Shown piece after piece: positions 63,266-64,000 of a stretch of DNA of 64,000 bases. This DNA is from Glaucostegus cemiculus. Its lineage: Eukaryota. The notes under the pieces are model-generated. The model made no database searches, was not told the origin of the DNA, and saw only the letters and a program-made list of their open reading frames with translations. The position numbers and the translations under genes were made by a program. The stretch's first letter is position 1; the number at the start of each line of letters is the position of its first letter. The stretch is from positions 1,116,001-1,180,000 of the forward strand of contig CDPCPM010000402.1 in the NCBI GenBank assembly GCA_976551045.1, in the 5' to 3' direction.

Positions 63266-64000
63266 GGTGCTGCTGCAGACAGAATGCCTCTCTAATTACA
63301 AGTGTCTCATTTTAGGATGGGGCCTTAATGTGATCACCATTGCCTCAGTGCACGTCTGAATTCCACCAGTGAATAAACGACAAATGCCTAATTTGTGGCA
63401 GACACATGAAAGCTGGGTTAAAATCCTGGGAACTGGCATGACTGCCCTGTGGGAACACCTTCAACGCGGAGACTGCAGTGTTTCAAGAAGGGAGGTCACC
63501 ACTACTCTTGCAACCATTAGGAATGGGCAATAAATGTCAGGTTTGTCTGAGAGGTCAGTATTTCCAAAATTCATTCCAAAAGGAAGGAATGAATTTAAAA
63601 GAAGGAATGAAAGAAAAGTTAAAATGACTGGGATATTGTGCTTTACAAGAACTATATATATATATATTATATAATACCAGGCATTGGAAGAAAGTTTGGT
63701 GGAATGTAACATTTAAATATCAGGAAGGCATGATACATCTAGACAAAGAGTCCTATTTACAAACATTTCATTCAAGCCCAGTTAAAAGCACAGCACTCAG
63801 TGCATTGAGTCTGGATTTTGGCAAAGTTAGGGTGATCACAGTGGGCAATATAGTTGAGAGGACAGATATTAGTCTCTGCAGCTGTGTAGGTATGAGTTTC
63901 AAAGGTTTCCCTCCAGGGTTAAAGACATTTCTTCAGGGCTGTAGAGGAAGGAAGGATTTAGTTGTCTTGGTCAATGAGGGGGGGTGGGGGAGGGGGTAGG

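Noticed and set aside
49088-64000. ARIH1 exon 3 (YFDGNLEKLF...CQICY)
   Set aside because: Searched by eye on the minus strand and not found; presumably beyond the window.

Overview
Vertebrate genomic DNA, most likely an elasmobranch (shark/ray) judging from the repeat content (CR1, Rex1/Babar, Penelope-like elements, V-SINE/HE1-like SINEs); the taxon is an inference. Two multi-exon genes lie in tandem on the minus strand. ARIH1 (RBR E3 ubiquitin ligase) contributes 11 coding exons matching human exons 4-14, at 49087 down to the TGA at 29175, plus a long 3'UTR. BBS4 (BBSome TPR subunit) has a CpG-island promoter at about 24.4-25.6 kb, a probable non-coding first exon, and 11 coding exons matching human exons 1-11, at 23077 down to 3475. 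All exons were read by hand and have GT-AG boundaries with compatible phases. ARIH1 exons 1-3 and BBS4 exons 12-16 were not found and presumably lie outside the window. Introns are filled with decayed retroelements and several minisatellites. The most notable observations are: repeated short, often palindromic Penelope-derived elements with a decayed hammerhead-ribozyme core (one flanked by a 14-bp target-site duplication); a BBS4 leader with two tandem 5-codon uORFs and a 25-nt start-codon microexon; clustered RFX X-boxes; a candidate 60-nt ARIH1 poison exon; a CR1 tail forming a BBS4 polypyrimidine tract; and a SINE head coupled to two different LINE tails. No prokaryotic system, CRISPR array, rRNA or intact tRNA gene is supported. 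Protein comparisons are from memory of the human sequences; repeat boundaries are approximate.
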